Shown: piece by piece, positions 54,128 through 64,000 of the stretch
How the letters are laid out: each line of letters starts with the position of its first letter
How positions within the stretch are numbered: the stretch's first letter is position 1
Made by a program: the position numbers and the translations under genes
DNA from: Saprospiraceae bacterium
GTDB taxonomy: Bacteria > Bacteroidota > Bacteroidia > Chitinophagales > Saprospiraceae
Direction: 5' to 3'
Assembly: GCA_035299505.1 (NCBI GenBank)
Contig: DATGWL010000042.1
Location: 791-64,790, forward strand
DNA length: 64,000 nt
Notes under the pieces: model-generated
Told to the model about the DNA's origin: nothing
Seen by the model: the letters and a program-made list of their open reading frames with translations, nothing else
The model's database searches: none

Positions 54128-54208
54128 GAATGCTTTTGGAATTGTGTCCTTTTTTTTATATTTGTTGTGAGGAAACCTTGTGTCCTCGATATCTTAAAAT
54201 CCTGACCT

Positions 54209-57200
54209 ATGATAACACAACTACCCAAATCACTAACCTTTTGTTTGTTATTTGCCTTCTGGGGCGCACAGGCACAAACCGTGATTTTCAGTCACCCCGG
54301 CGCATCCTACACCAATACGGATGCCATGACCACCGACACTTATGGTCCGGCTGATGTTTCCAACTGCACGTCTATTTCGTTTTCTATTGAATACAATTTT
54401 TCGATGCCATATACCGGGCCGGGGAATATGGAATCCAGCAGTGAATGTCCTTTTGGTATTCCACCTTGCCAGGGCAATCCCACTGATCCAACCGGAGGCG
54501 GTTGTGATCAGTGCTGGGATTTTTTCTATGTACAATTTCAGGTTGATGGGGTAACGGTTAATACACAACTGGTTGGTGTACCTGGCAATACCAATCAATC
54601 GGGTACACTCACCTATGGCCCCATTTGTACCAATGGCGCCGGAACAGCCGGTTTCATTGTGCAAACCCAAACCTGGGCGGCAGACGAAACCATCACATTT
54701 TCCAACCTGCAAATCACATGCTGGGATGGCTCTGTTGCCGACCTCAGCGTATCGCCGGCTAATATTTGCGAGGGCTCTCCTTTCTCCCTGACAGCCACGC
54801 TGACTGATCCCGGAAGTGTGGCCAGCACTTTGTGGGCAGGTCCGGGAAACATTGCTTCACCTACCGCCCTATCTACCTGGGTGAACAATGCCCCGGCCGG
54901 CGCCAGCACGTATACATTCACAGCCACGGATGATAATTCCTGTACATCTTCGGGCACAATTGAGGTAGTGGTAACTGAAACACCTGTGATGGACGATCCG
55001 CCCAATATCACGGTTTGTGAGAACGATCAGGTGGATATAGCCTTTACCGGAAATGGCAGTTACGATTACTCCTGGGTAAACAGCAATACACAGATTGGGC
55101 TCGGTTCCAGTGGTAACGGTGACATCAGTTTTGTGGCAGAATCCAATCCCATTCCACATACTGTGGGTAATATTACTGTTACCCCCTCTGAAAATGGTTG
55201 TCTGGGTGTGAGTCAAACCTTTACTATATCCACAAGACCATTACCCATCGTAGAGCAGCATCCGGATTCTACCTATTGTTCGGGTGACTGGATTTATGAA
55301 TGTCCCGTTGGAACGCCGTCTGAAGACAATGGTATTTTTTGGGCGGGAGCAATTTTTACCTCGGATAATCCGGATGTTTGGTTGATAGATACGCTGTGGC
55401 TAGCGCTTGGGGTTTGTTTTGGTGCTCCATCGGCAGAAGTTCAGCAGCAAGAAATCATCAATATCACGATGATTCCTCAATATGCAGACGGACTTTGTGT
55501 AATGGATCCGATCTATTACACGGTTACCGTAAATCCGATTATTGGGGCTCCTACCTACCCTAATTTGGAGGTTTGTGCCGGTGATCAGGTTTCAGCACCA
55601 CTTGGCTTCCCGGATTTTACCTGGACCAATACCAATACCGCTATTGGGTTGGCTAACAGTGGCGTAGGCGATATATCATTTACCGCAGCCAATGTGACCA
55701 GCATCACTACCGGAACGATCAATGTTATGCCTCAGGGAGGTTGTTATGAAGACCCGGATAATTTTTCCATCACAGTCTACCCCAAACCTGTGGCCAATCC
55801 CCTTACAGATGTAGAGGTATGCCCGGGGGTTATGATCTCCAAATTATTTACAGGAACTGCAGGAGCAACCTTTACCTGGACTAACGATAACCCGGCAATT
55901 GGTTTGCCGCCATCGGGTTCGGGCCCAATTAACTTCACCAGTGCCAATGTAACACAGCAGCAAACTGCCACCATTACCGTTACGCCTACCCTCGGCATTT
56001 GTATCGGAGATCCTGTTTCCTTTACGATCACCGTAAACCCCACCCCAACAGTTGATGATCCCGGCGACCGCGTGGTATGTGTCAACGATTTTGTGGAAGT
56101 AACCCTGAGCGGCGCCAATAGCAGTGATTATGCCTGGACCAATTCCAATACCAACATCGGGTTGGATGCCTCCGGCACTGGTAGCTTTAATTTTATTGCG
56201 GCTAATGTAAACGCGCCAACCACCGGAGTTATCACCATTACACCGGCAGGAAACGCGTGTCCGGGAATGTCGGAAACCTTTCAAATCACGGTTTCCCCAC
56301 CGCCCGTCATGACAGCGCCCAATACCGTTGTTGCCTGTGCGGGCGCCCCTGTTTCCATTCCTTTCTCCGGCTCACCTGGCGCCACTTTTCAATGGACTAA
56401 CTCCGATACCATCATCGGGTTAGGGGCTCAGGGCTCGGGAAATGTCCAGTTTCAGGCGGCCTGGCTCTCAAGTTCCGATACGGCTACCATTACCGTTACA
56501 CCGCTGATAGGTACCTGTTCCGGTCCTCCGGTGCAGTTTCAAATCATCATCAAACCGGCGCCTGTTCTGGCCGATCCCGCCAACCAGATAGTTTGCTCCG
56601 GCACACCGGTGCTCGTTCCATTTATGGGCTCAGACAGCACCAGTTTTTTCTGGATCAATAACCAAACAGCCATCGGATTGGATTCCAGCGGCACTGGACA
56701 AATCAGTTTTACCGCCGATAGTGCCGGCCTGGCAACCATTACCGTCACACCGCAGGCGTTTGGCTGTGTGGGCCAAAGCCAGAGTTTTGACATACAGGTG
56801 CTGCCATTGCCCGCGCTTAATCAGCCAGCATCGCTGCAGGTTTGTGCCGGCGACTCAGTTTTTGTTTCATTTACACACACTTTGGGGGCTATTATTTCCT
56901 GGACAAATGATAATCCAGCCATTGGTCTGGGTAGTTCAGGTTCAGGAAACATTGTTTTTCAGGCGCCCATAGTAACAAGCCTCACCAGCGCACAAATCAT
57001 AGCAACCCCTGCCCTGGGCCAGTGCACGGGCGCGTTGCAACAATTTGAGATCGAGATCCAGCCTTTGCCCAGCCTTGGTATCAGCACAGTAGCCTGCGCA
57101 CCGGATATGCTGAGTTATCAGGTGGAGCTCATCAGCAGCGGGAACCTGCTCACCGCAAACGCAGGCGTGATCAGCGGCGCCAATGGCCAATTCGTATTGA

Positions 57201-60196
57201 ATGATATCCCCGCAGATACCAATGTAGTAATCATCAGCACGGATACCCAGACCGGCTGCCAGACACAACTGGCGGTAAATGCGCCTAATTGCAACTGCGC
57301 TCCAGTGAGCGCTCCGGTGTCGGCCGTGAATACGGTAATGTGTGCAGGCGCACCCAATCCGGCGCTCACCGCCAATACTCCTCCGGGAATAACGGTAGAC
57401 TGGTATTCTCAGGCCAGCGGCGGGGTATTATTACAATCCGGAAGCAACAGTTATACACCACCGGATCCATTTAGCCCTGGTGTTTATGCCTTTTTCGCAG
57501 AGGCGCGCGATTCGGCTACCAATTGCAGTAGTCCAACCAGACTGGAAGTTACGCTCACAGTTAAGCCCGTTCCTGTTGTGCAGGCATTGCCAGATCAGGC
57601 GGTTTGTGCCGGCACTACCGTTTCCGTTGCATTTTCCGGAACCCCCATGGCTACCATGGATTGGACCAACTCCCTGCCTGCGATAGGGTTGGATGCATCA
57701 GGGACCGGAAATTTCAGTTTCCTCAGTGTAAACACAGGCAATAGCCCGGCGTTTGCACAAGTGCAGGTTACGCCGCAACTAAATGGCTGCACCGGCCCGG
57801 CCCAACAATTTATCCTCACGGTAAATCCTATTCCAGTGCTGACCATTGACAGCACGGTTTGTGCTGCAGACCTCAACAGCTACACGGCGTTTGTAATTGC
57901 CGGCGGCGACAACCTGCAAAGCAGCCTCGGTAATGTAGTGGGTACAGCGCCAATGTTCGTAGTAAGTAATATTCCTGAAGGCAACAATGCTTTGCTTACC
58001 ACCACGAATACCACCACTGGATGCACCCAGGAGCTAACGCTGAATGCCCCACCATGCGCTTGCCCGCCGCTTGCTCCGCCTGATCCGGTTGGCCCAACAG
58101 TGATCTGTGCCGGGGAGCCCATGCCAGTGCTCAGCGTAGGCTTGCAGGCTGGTATGGTTACCGATTGGTATAGCAGTCCTTCCGGTGGTGTATTATTGCT
58201 GGCCGGAAGCAATTTTTATACGCCATCCGGACCGCTGGCGCCAGGTAATTATACGTTTTATGCAGAAAGCCGGTCCAATTTGTCCGATTGCACGAGTGCT
58301 TCCCGAACTCCGGTTGTATTAACCATCAGCCCTGCTCCCGTCATGAATCAGCCGGCAGATCAAACTGTTTGTGCGGGAAATCAGGTTCAGGTATTATTTT
58401 CCGGGAGCACCGGGGCTGCTTATACCTGGACCAACAACAATACCGGCATTGGTTTGCAGGGCAACGGTTCAGGCGATATCAATTTCACCGCCACAGCTAA
58501 TGGTGGAACACAAACGGCTCAGATCAGTGTAACGCCACAATTAGGCGCTTGCTCCGGCCCTGTTCAGGTATTTGACGTAACGGTGCATCCATTGCCGGTG
58601 GTGAACATTTCAGGAAATACCCAGGTTTGCTCCGGCGATTTTACTACGCTTTCTGCCTCAGGAAACGGGAGTTTGATGTGGAGCAATGGACAGAGTGGTT
58701 CCAGCATCCAGATTCAACCGGTTAGCTCCGGAACATATTCGGTTACCGTCACCAACAACGGTTGTGCCAGCAGCCAAAGTGTTGCGGTAACTGTACTGCA
58801 ACCCAGTACGCTTACCCTTCAGCAGCTGTCGTGCGATCCGGCGCAGGTGGGGGTTACAACGGTTACATTATCCAATGCGGCTGGTTGCGACAGCATCATT
58901 ACTACCATTACCACACTGGACATTCCCGGGTGTACGCCTGCGCCTGCCTTACTGGCTGTTCCGGTTCAGTGTTTTGGACAAAACAATGGTGTATTAAATA
59001 TTGGTGCAACGGGCGGTCTGGCTCCTTATCAATTTAGCTGGTCTAATGGTGTGCAAAATGGCACAGGCACTATTAGTACTGCCGGAAGCCAGGTGCAGAT
59101 ACCCAATTTACCTGCAGGAATGTATACCGTTACCATCACTGCAGCTAATGGTTTAACGAACACAATGAGCGCCGAAATTCAATCTCCGGCCCTGCTGACA
59201 GCCCAGGCAACCGTACAGCAGGTATTTGGGCAACAACACATAAGCTGCTTTGGCGCTACCGACGGGCAAATTATGGCCAGCGCAACAGGCGGCATCATGC
59301 CCTATCAGTTTCAATGGAGTCAGGGCAGCAATACACCGATGTTGAGCGGCGTTGGCGCCGGGTTATACACCGTAACCATTACAGATCAGCAACAATGCAC
59401 CGTTAGCAGTTCGGTTACCCTTGTGGCTCCGCCGCCTTTGACCTTTGGTTTGCTTTTTACAGATACCCTATGCAGCACGAAACAGGTTCGTTCACTCATT
59501 ACACCGACAGGCGGGAATGCACCGTTCCATGTGCGTATTGATGGGGTGTTGGTTGGGATGAGTTTAAACCCGGGATTGCCTGAAGGGAATCATCTGATAG
59601 ACATAACAGACGTCTACGGTTGTGTTGCCGACACCACCGTAACAATAACCTTGCCGCCATTGCCTGTCATTAGCTTGCCGGCGGGTGTTACGGTTTCGTT
59701 TGGTGAGACGCTGGTTCTGGAAGCACAAACCAACCTGAGCTCCTGGGTTGATCTGAGTTGGAATCCGCCGGGTTTGAAAGCCTGTCCGGATTGTTTGACA
59801 CAAGAATGGACACCGGAGGCTACAACGCTGTATGAGGTATGGATAACAGATGCATTGGGTTGTACGGCAAGTGCTTCAGCGCTGGTAACCGTTAAACCGG
59901 AGGCTGCTATCTATGTACCTAATGTATTCTCGCCGGATGGTGATGGGAATAATGATACCTGGAACATCTTTGTTGGCGACCCGGATATTCAATTGAAAAA
60001 CCTGACCATTTTTGATCGCTGGGGCGAACAGTTGTACCAGTTGGATGAGTCGGCTCCGGTATTATCCTGGCCTGGCTGGGATGGTACGTTTCGTGGACAG
60101 CCGGTAGCTCCGGGTGTGTATGTCTATTATGTTGAAATGGAACTTTCTAACGGGGAAAAGGTGATTAAAAAAGGCGATGTAACGGTGCTTAGGTAA
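54209..60196 (+). CDS. Giant (1995 aa) secreted adhesin-like protein: about 12 PKD/Ig-like modules, SprB repeats and a CHU_C (T9SS type-B) C-terminal domain
   Basis: Signal peptide. Repeated VCAG..V...FSG..GATF.WTN.N..IGL..SG.G.I.F.A......TA.ITVTP....C.G....F.ITV.P.P modules. SprB-type CFGQNNGVLNIGATGGLAPYQFSWSNG. C-terminus YVPNVFSPDGDGNNDTWNIF...GVYVYYVEM...GDVTVLR. Confidence 0.88.
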   Translation: MITQLPKSLTFCLLFAFWGAQAQTVIFSHPGASYTNTDAMTTDTYGPADVSNCTSISFSIEYNFSMPYTGPGNMESSSECPFGIPPCQGNPTDPTGGGCDQCWDFFYVQFQVDGVTVNTQLVGVPGNTNQSGTLTYGPICTNGAGTAGFIVQTQTWAADETITFSNLQITCWDGSVADLSVSPANICEGSPFSLTATLTDPGSVASTLWAGPGNIASPTALSTWVNNAPAGASTYTFTATDDNSCTSSGTIEVVVTETPVMDDPPNITVCENDQVDIAFTGNGSYDYSWVNSNTQIGLGSSGNGDISFVAESNPIPHTVGNITVTPSENGCLGVSQTFTISTRPLPIVEQHPDSTYCSGDWIYECPVGTPSEDNGIFWAGAIFTSDNPDVWLIDTLWLALGVCFGAPSAEVQQQEIINITMIPQYADGLCVMDPIYYTVTVNPIIGAPTYPNLEVCAGDQVSAPLGFPDFTWTNTNTAIGLANSGVGDISFTAANVTSITTGTINVMPQGGCYEDPDNFSITVYPKPVANPLTDVEVCPGVMISKLFTGTAGATFTWTNDNPAIGLPPSGSGPINFTSANVTQQQTATITVTPTLGICIGDPVSFTITVNPTPTVDDPGDRVVCVNDFVEVTLSGANSSDYAWTNSNTNIGLDASGTGSFNFIAANVNAPTTGVITITPAGNACPGMSETFQITVSPPPVMTAPNTVVACAGAPVSIPFSGSPGATFQWTNSDTIIGLGAQGSGNVQFQAAWLSSSDTATITVTPLIGTCSGPPVQFQIIIKPAPVLADPANQIVCSGTPVLVPFMGSDSTSFFWINNQTAIGLDSSGTGQISFTADSAGLATITVTPQAFGCVGQSQSFDIQVLPLPALNQPASLQVCAGDSVFVSFTHTLGAIISWTNDNPAIGLGSSGSGNIVFQAPIVTSLTSAQIIATPALGQCTGALQQFEIEIQPLPSLGISTVACAPDMLSYQVELISSGNLLTANAGVISGANGQFVLNDIPADTNVVIISTDTQTGCQTQLAVNAPNCNCAPVSAPVSAVNTVMCAGAPNPALTANTPPGITVDWYSQASGGVLLQSGSNSYTPPDPFSPGVYAFFAEARDSATNCSSPTRLEVTLTVKPVPVVQALPDQAVCAGTTVSVAFSGTPMATMDWTNSLPAIGLDASGTGNFSFLSVNTGNSPAFAQVQVTPQLNGCTGPAQQFILTVNPIPVLTIDSTVCAADLNSYTAFVIAGGDNLQSSLGNVVGTAPMFVVSNIPEGNNALLTTTNTTTGCTQELTLNAPPCACPPLAPPDPVGPTVICAGEPMPVLSVGLQAGMVTDWYSSPSGGVLLLAGSNFYTPSGPLAPGNYTFYAESRSNLSDCTSASRTPVVLTISPAPVMNQPADQTVCAGNQVQVLFSGSTGAAYTWTNNNTGIGLQGNGSGDINFTATANGGTQTAQISVTPQLGACSGPVQVFDVTVHPLPVVNISGNTQVCSGDFTTLSASGNGSLMWSNGQSGSSIQIQPVSSGTYSVTVTNNGCASSQSVAVTVLQPSTLTLQQLSCDPAQVGVTTVTLSNAAGCDSIITTITTLDIPGCTPAPALLAVPVQCFGQNNGVLNIGATGGLAPYQFSWSNGVQNGTGTISTAGSQVQIPNLPAGMYTVTITAANGLTNTMSAEIQSPALLTAQATVQQVFGQQHISCFGATDGQIMASATGGIMPYQFQWSQGSNTPMLSGVGAGLYTVTITDQQQCTVSSSVTLVAPPPLTFGLLFTDTLCSTKQVRSLITPTGGNAPFHVRIDGVLVGMSLNPGLPEGNHLIDITDVYGCVADTTVTITLPPLPVISLPAGVTVSFGETLVLEAQTNLSSWVDLSWNPPGLKACPDCLTQEWTPEATTLYEVWITDALGCTASASALVTVKPEAAIYVPNVFSPDGDGNNDTWNIFVGDPDIQLKNLTIFDRWGEQLYQLDESAPVLSWPGWDGTFRGQPVAPGVYVYYVEMELSNGEKVIKKGDVTVLR

Positions 60197-60209
60197 AATC
60201 AGATAAATA

Positions 60210-60776
60210 ATGCTCAAAAAAACCTTCCAGGGCTTCGTCCTTTTTCTGGTGCTTCTGATTCCGTTCAGAGGCCAGGTATATCGCTGGCTGGTGACCTATG
60301 AAGCTGTTGGGCAAAGGTCAAATATTGCCATTACCAACCAAAAACTGATAGATGCGATAGAACGAAGGTTGCAAAACAAACCTTCCAATGCCGAACAGTT
60401 GATGTCGGTAGCCATGGATATAACCTGCGATCACCTGCAGTTTACCTTTGCTCAGGCGCCTTCAGATCCCAATACTCTGATAGAAACCCATGAGGCAAAC
60501 TGCGTGGGATACTCCGCTATGTTTCAATCTGTAGTGCAATACATTATCCAAAAATACCATCTGGAACAACAGTGGCAGTGTAAGCACCTGATCGGTAAAC
60601 TCTATGTTTGTGGCGTGGATATTCACCCTTGTTTCGACACCCCGTTTTTCAGGGACCATGATTTTAACCTCATCAAAAATCTGGAAACCGGACAGACCTT
60701 GTACGCAGACCCCAGCACCGGAGATTACCTCTGGATACCCAGGGTGGAAGGGCGTTCTAACTATCAGACCTTATGA
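60210..60776 (+). CDS. Transglutaminase-like putative cysteine protease fold protein, membrane-anchored
   Basis: N-terminal TM helix (GFVLFLVLLIPF). Candidate Cys-His-Asp arrangement: EANCVGYSAMF ... FFRDHDFNLI ... LYADPSTGDY. Assignment is tentative. Confidence 0.5.
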   Translation: MLKKTFQGFVLFLVLLIPFRGQVYRWLVTYEAVGQRSNIAITNQKLIDAIERRLQNKPSNAEQLMSVAMDITCDHLQFTFAQAPSDPNTLIETHEANCVGYSAMFQSVVQYIIQKYHLEQQWQCKHLIGKLYVCGVDIHPCFDTPFFRDHDFNLIKNLETGQTLYADPSTGDYLWIPRVEGRSNYQTL

Positions 60777-62218
60777 CATTTCAGGCAACAAATCTTGAAT
60801 ACTGGATTGAAGGAAAGGTGCAAACCGTTTTCTTCGGAAATGAGGCCGAGGCGCTGGCGCTTCTGGTGTCAAACGTGCCGGATACCCTCAATCACTATTT
60901 AGAATGGAACGACCAGTCCAATGCACACATTAATGCTGTAAAAGCTGTTCAACTTACCCGGAACGACATAACCCTCGAGTTGGTGCCTGAGGCTGCCGCA
61001 CAGTTCGGGCAGGCGTTTTTCCATGTCCGGTTTGATGCGGAAGAAGCGCTTTACAAAGAAATTGTGCAGGTGTTAACGGAAATTTTTGGCCAGAAAATCA
61101 AGCTCATGGGTGGCTCTGTTACCCACAAACCGGCTGCAGGAAAAGACTACAGCGCCATCAGGTACCTGAATCTGGAAGGCAAAAATCTTCAGATGCTGCC
61201 AGATTACGTAGCTGAAATGAAGGCGCTCGAAACGGCTAAACTACGCGGGAATCCTTCATTGGATATGCAGGAGGCATGCAAGGTGCTGGCCATGTTGCCT
61301 GCGCTTAAAACCCTGGAATTCTCTACCCAACAATCTGTTCCGGAAACACTGGGCAGATTATCCGGCCTGGAGTCTTTGCATATAGAAATAGATAATCCGG
61401 ATGCCCCCTGTGTAATTCCGGATGGTATTTCCCACCTGCAAAATTTACGCTATTGTTTTATCCAAACAGATTACGAGCTGGTATTGCCGGAATCTTTTGC
61501 ATCCTTAACCGCGCTGGCGGAATGTTATATCCGGGCCGGCAAATGGAACCTGCCAGCTCAGTTTTACCAACTGGCGGAACTGACGCAGCTGGATTTTACA
61601 AATTGCCATTTTACCACCCTTCCATCGGAAATGGCCAATATGCCAAAGGTGGAAACTATCATTTTTGGCAGCCAGGAAAACCGCGATTACCAGCAAGTGA
61701 TGTCGGTCATCGCGCAGATGCCACTTGTCAGAACCATTGAAATCAACTTTCCCGCCATCCCTGCTGAAATTGCACTATGTAAACAAATAGATACGCTTAT
61801 AATCTGGGCTGGCACGGATACTCCCCTGGAACTTCCGGATGCCCTGTTCAGTATGGATCAACTGAAAACGCTGAACATCAGCCTTTCCAGGATCACAGAA
61901 CTACCCGGAGCCATCGGTCAGCTCATAGGATTGAAAGAACTGATCATCAAGGAATCTGTTATAGAAAACCTCCCGGATACTATCGGAAATCTATCGACGC
62001 TGGAGTTTTTGAATATCAGCGAAAACCAGGGATTGTCATCCTTGCCTGAAACACTTGGCCATCTGCGCCAATTGAAAACCCTCTATTTGGCAGATAATCC
62101 ATCACTCAGCGCCCTGCCCGACAGCTTGAAAAACTTGTCGGCACTGGAGTCTGTAGATATCCCTAACCGGGCAGAAATGCGCAATATTCCGGCGCATTGG
62201 GATAAGTTATTCAGCTAA
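60773..62218 (+). CDS. Leucine-rich-repeat protein with an uncharacterised 120-aa N-terminal domain
   Basis: The start ATG overlaps the upstream TGA (ATGA at 60773-60776). About 12 LRRs, for example LNLEGKNLQMLPDYVAEMKALETAKL and LNISENQGLSSLPETLGHLRQLKTLYLADNPSLSALPDSL. No signal peptide. Confidence 0.8.
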   Translation: MTFQATNLEYWIEGKVQTVFFGNEAEALALLVSNVPDTLNHYLEWNDQSNAHINAVKAVQLTRNDITLELVPEAAAQFGQAFFHVRFDAEEALYKEIVQVLTEIFGQKIKLMGGSVTHKPAAGKDYSAIRYLNLEGKNLQMLPDYVAEMKALETAKLRGNPSLDMQEACKVLAMLPALKTLEFSTQQSVPETLGRLSGLESLHIEIDNPDAPCVIPDGISHLQNLRYCFIQTDYELVLPESFASLTALAECYIRAGKWNLPAQFYQLAELTQLDFTNCHFTTLPSEMANMPKVETIIFGSQENRDYQQVMSVIAQMPLVRTIEINFPAIPAEIALCKQIDTLIIWAGTDTPLELPDALFSMDQLKTLNISLSRITELPGAIGQLIGLKELIIKESVIENLPDTIGNLSTLEFLNISENQGLSSLPETLGHLRQLKTLYLADNPSLSALPDSLKNLSALESVDIPNRAEMRNIPAHWDKLFS

Positions 62219-62241
62219 GCACATCCCCAACATGCTCTACA

Positions 62242-62613
62242 TTACAGCGGTACAAAATCCTCCTCCAGCAGCCGCATGATTTCCCCGGGAGAAATAGCGT
62301 ACACATGGCGGTGTTGAAACACCAGCGTTTTGCAGGAAAAACAGATATCTGCTGTAATTACCTGCTCCCCATTGGTTAATACCAGCTGGTAATCATACCC
62401 ACACCTGCCAACAGCATCGCCAGGCGGGAAACACCACTTTTCCACTATGCCTGGGAATTTATCAGCATCCGACAACAGATAATTCCGGGACTTTTTACCC
62501 TGCCGCACATGCCTGACCACGATGCTGAAATTAGGCTCCGGCGCCTCCAGACTATCGAAAATCCTGAAGGGTTTGACGCTGTCTGCAAGTAATGATTTGA
62601 GGAATTTTAGCAT
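62242..62613 (-). CDS. Hypothetical small protein (123 aa)
   Basis: Complete ORF with plausible codon usage. No family recognised. Lies downstream of the partial CHU_C gene on the same strand. Confidence 0.45.
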   Translation of the reverse strand: MLKFLKSLLADSVKPFRIFDSLEAPEPNFSIVVRHVRQGKKSRNYLLSDADKFPGIVEKWCFPPGDAVGRCGYDYQLVLTNGEQVITADICFSCKTLVFQHRHVYAISPGEIMRLLEEDFVPL

Positions 62614-62784
62614 GGTACTGGCGGTTATGCGCTATTGTACACGTTGGTTTCAGAGCTATAAAGTTTCTAAAAATCTACGGTTTGTACACAATTTACGTGT
62701 GCTTTGGATCGGTTTTCTCAAATATAACCCAATGCATCGTGGCGAAACCGTATAACTGCGTAGCCGTGACATTCCTGTAACTCC

Positions 62785-64000
62785 TCACCTCAACAACGTC
62801 ACATCACCCTTCAAAAACACCACCTGCCCGTCAATGAACTCTACCTCGGCAGTCCATACAAACACGCCGGGATTCATAGGGTCGCCCCGAAAATCGCCGT
62901 GCCAGCCGGAAGATTCCAGGTTGGTTGGAAAATGAAATGCCTGAAACAAATGCTCACCCCACCTGCTGTACACATGCAAATACCGGATCTCTTTCACCGA
63001 GGCATCTGAGTAAATCGTGAAATAATCATTCTCTCCATCATCATTTGGCGTAAACACATTGGGCACATAAATCCGCCGTTTGGGTATCACCCGGTAACAC
63101 AACTCATCTTCCGCCTCGCAACCTTGTTTGCTGCGCACCAGCACCCGCTCACAACCATTTTCCAGCGGCAAAAACTGAATTTGAGCGCAATCTGCACATT
63201 GCTGCGTCAGGCCATCGCCGCTCCAGCTGTAATCCAGAATATCCTGTGGCGCAATATTCGTTTGTGCCACCAACCGGATCTCTTCCCCAAGCAGCACAGT
63301 TTGATCCAGCCCCAGACTTACTTCCGGATACAATTTCACCGTCACCGTTTCTGATGCCGTGGCCGTGCAGGCATGCACATCCTGCACCGTAACGCTGTAC
63401 TGGCCCTGGTCCAGGCCGTCAATATAATCGCCGCTTTCTCCGGTACTCCACACATACTGATACGGGCCCACTCCGCCGGAGGCGTTGGCCGTACAGCTGC
63501 CATCGGTGATGCCCGGACAAGATACCGGCAAAGCCAGGGCATCCAGCGCCAGGGGCGGCGGCTGATCCACCCACACCTGGGCAGTATGCAAACATTGCTG
63601 CGCATCTGTTATGCTCAATGAATACCAGCCCGAAGCCAGGCCATTGAGTTGGGCCGTGGTTTGACCCGTTTGCCACAGATAACTGTAAGGCGGGGTGCCG
63701 CCACTGGCCCCGGCCATAGCCGTCCCGCTGGCTGCTCCGTGGCAATCGGTAGATACCGAACTGGTGCTCACCAACACGGCCGTGGGTTCCAGCACCTGGG
63801 CCGTAGCGCTCAGGCTGCAACCATGCGCATCGGTGGCCGTTACGTGGTAAGTACCCGCCGGGAGGTTTTGCGCCATGACTCCTGTTTGGCCATTGCTCCA
63901 TACATACTGATACGGCGGTGTGCCACCTGCCGGCAACACCGTGGCGCTTCCATTGGTTCCGCCAAAGCAGGACGTATGCACGGGCGTCACGGCTGTTTGT
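62785..64000 (-). CDS. C-terminal part of another large SprB-repeat / CHU_C (T9SS type-B) secreted protein; the 5' end lies beyond the right edge
   Basis: The track M at 63990 is an internal GTG, and the frame stays open to nt 63999. Four SprB repeats (CFGGTNGSATV, CHGAASGTAMA, ...). C-terminus YVPNVFTPNDDGENDYFTIY...GVFVWTAEV...GDVTLLR. Confidence 0.85.
   Translation of the reverse strand, partial: QTAVTPVHTSCFGGTNGSATVLPAGGTPPYQYVWSNGQTGVMAQNLPAGTYHVTATDAHGCSLSATAQVLEPTAVLVSTSSVSTDCHGAASGTAMAGASGGTPPYSYLWQTGQTTAQLNGLASGWYSLSITDAQQCLHTAQVWVDQPPPLALDALALPVSCPGITDGSCTANASGGVGPYQYVWSTGESGDYIDGLDQGQYSVTVQDVHACTATASETVTVKLYPEVSLGLDQTVLLGEEIRLVAQTNIAPQDILDYSWSGDGLTQQCADCAQIQFLPLENGCERVLVRSKQGCEAEDELCYRVIPKRRIYVPNVFTPNDDGENDYFTIYSDASVKEIRYLHVYSRWGEHLFQAFHFPTNLESSGWHGDFRGDPMNPGVFVWTAEVEFIDGQVVFLKGDVTLLR

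Overview
This 64-kb chromosomal window comes from a moderately GC-rich Bacteroidota genome. The evidence for that is gldH, T9SS type-A and type-B C-terminal sorting domains, SprB repeats and A/C-rich leaders without Shine-Dalgarno sequences. The exact lineage cannot be determined from the sequence alone. I support about 45 protein genes. They are: a GH2+GH53 galactan-degrading fusion enzyme and a neighbouring secreted HExxH protein; an SPFH protein; two paralogous RtcB RNA ligases; two HTH-WYL regulators; a class-V aminotransferase; a LytTR two-component system; five very large secreted adhesin-like or protease T9SS cargo proteins; a cupin/cytochrome-c cluster; DPP-IV; TerC; an ABC exporter; ruvA; gldH; a TPR/PD40/OmpA protein; a molybdopterin operon (moaA, moeA, tauE-like, moaD, moeB, moaE); a GNAT; and an LRR protein. 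No rRNA, canonical tRNA, CRISPR array, transposase or integrase was seen.

The most interesting signals are:
1. A roughly 0.5-kb highly structured non-coding region lies directly 3' of rtcB-1 on the same strand. It contains two anticodon-less tRNA-like modules (canonical T-arms and a D-arm) and is closed by a 12-bp long-range helix. rtcB-1 is itself divergently paired with a WYL regulator. This resembles YrlA-type tRNA-mimic Y RNAs, but no Ro/Rsr gene is present.
2. The WYL regulator gene is bracketed by composite inverted repeats with a perfect 42-bp core.
3. A pervasive family of intergenic 'word-repeat palindromes' is built from tandem 7-11-nt words in inverted arms. They show a consistent polarity: G/T-rich arms follow stop codons and G-poor C/A-rich arms abut start codons. 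They also inflate many N-termini in the supplied ORF track.
4. A second rtcB paralog 20 kb away shares a conserved post-stop box and is followed by twin perfect palindromes.

All functional calls rest on motif recognition by eye. No database search was run.
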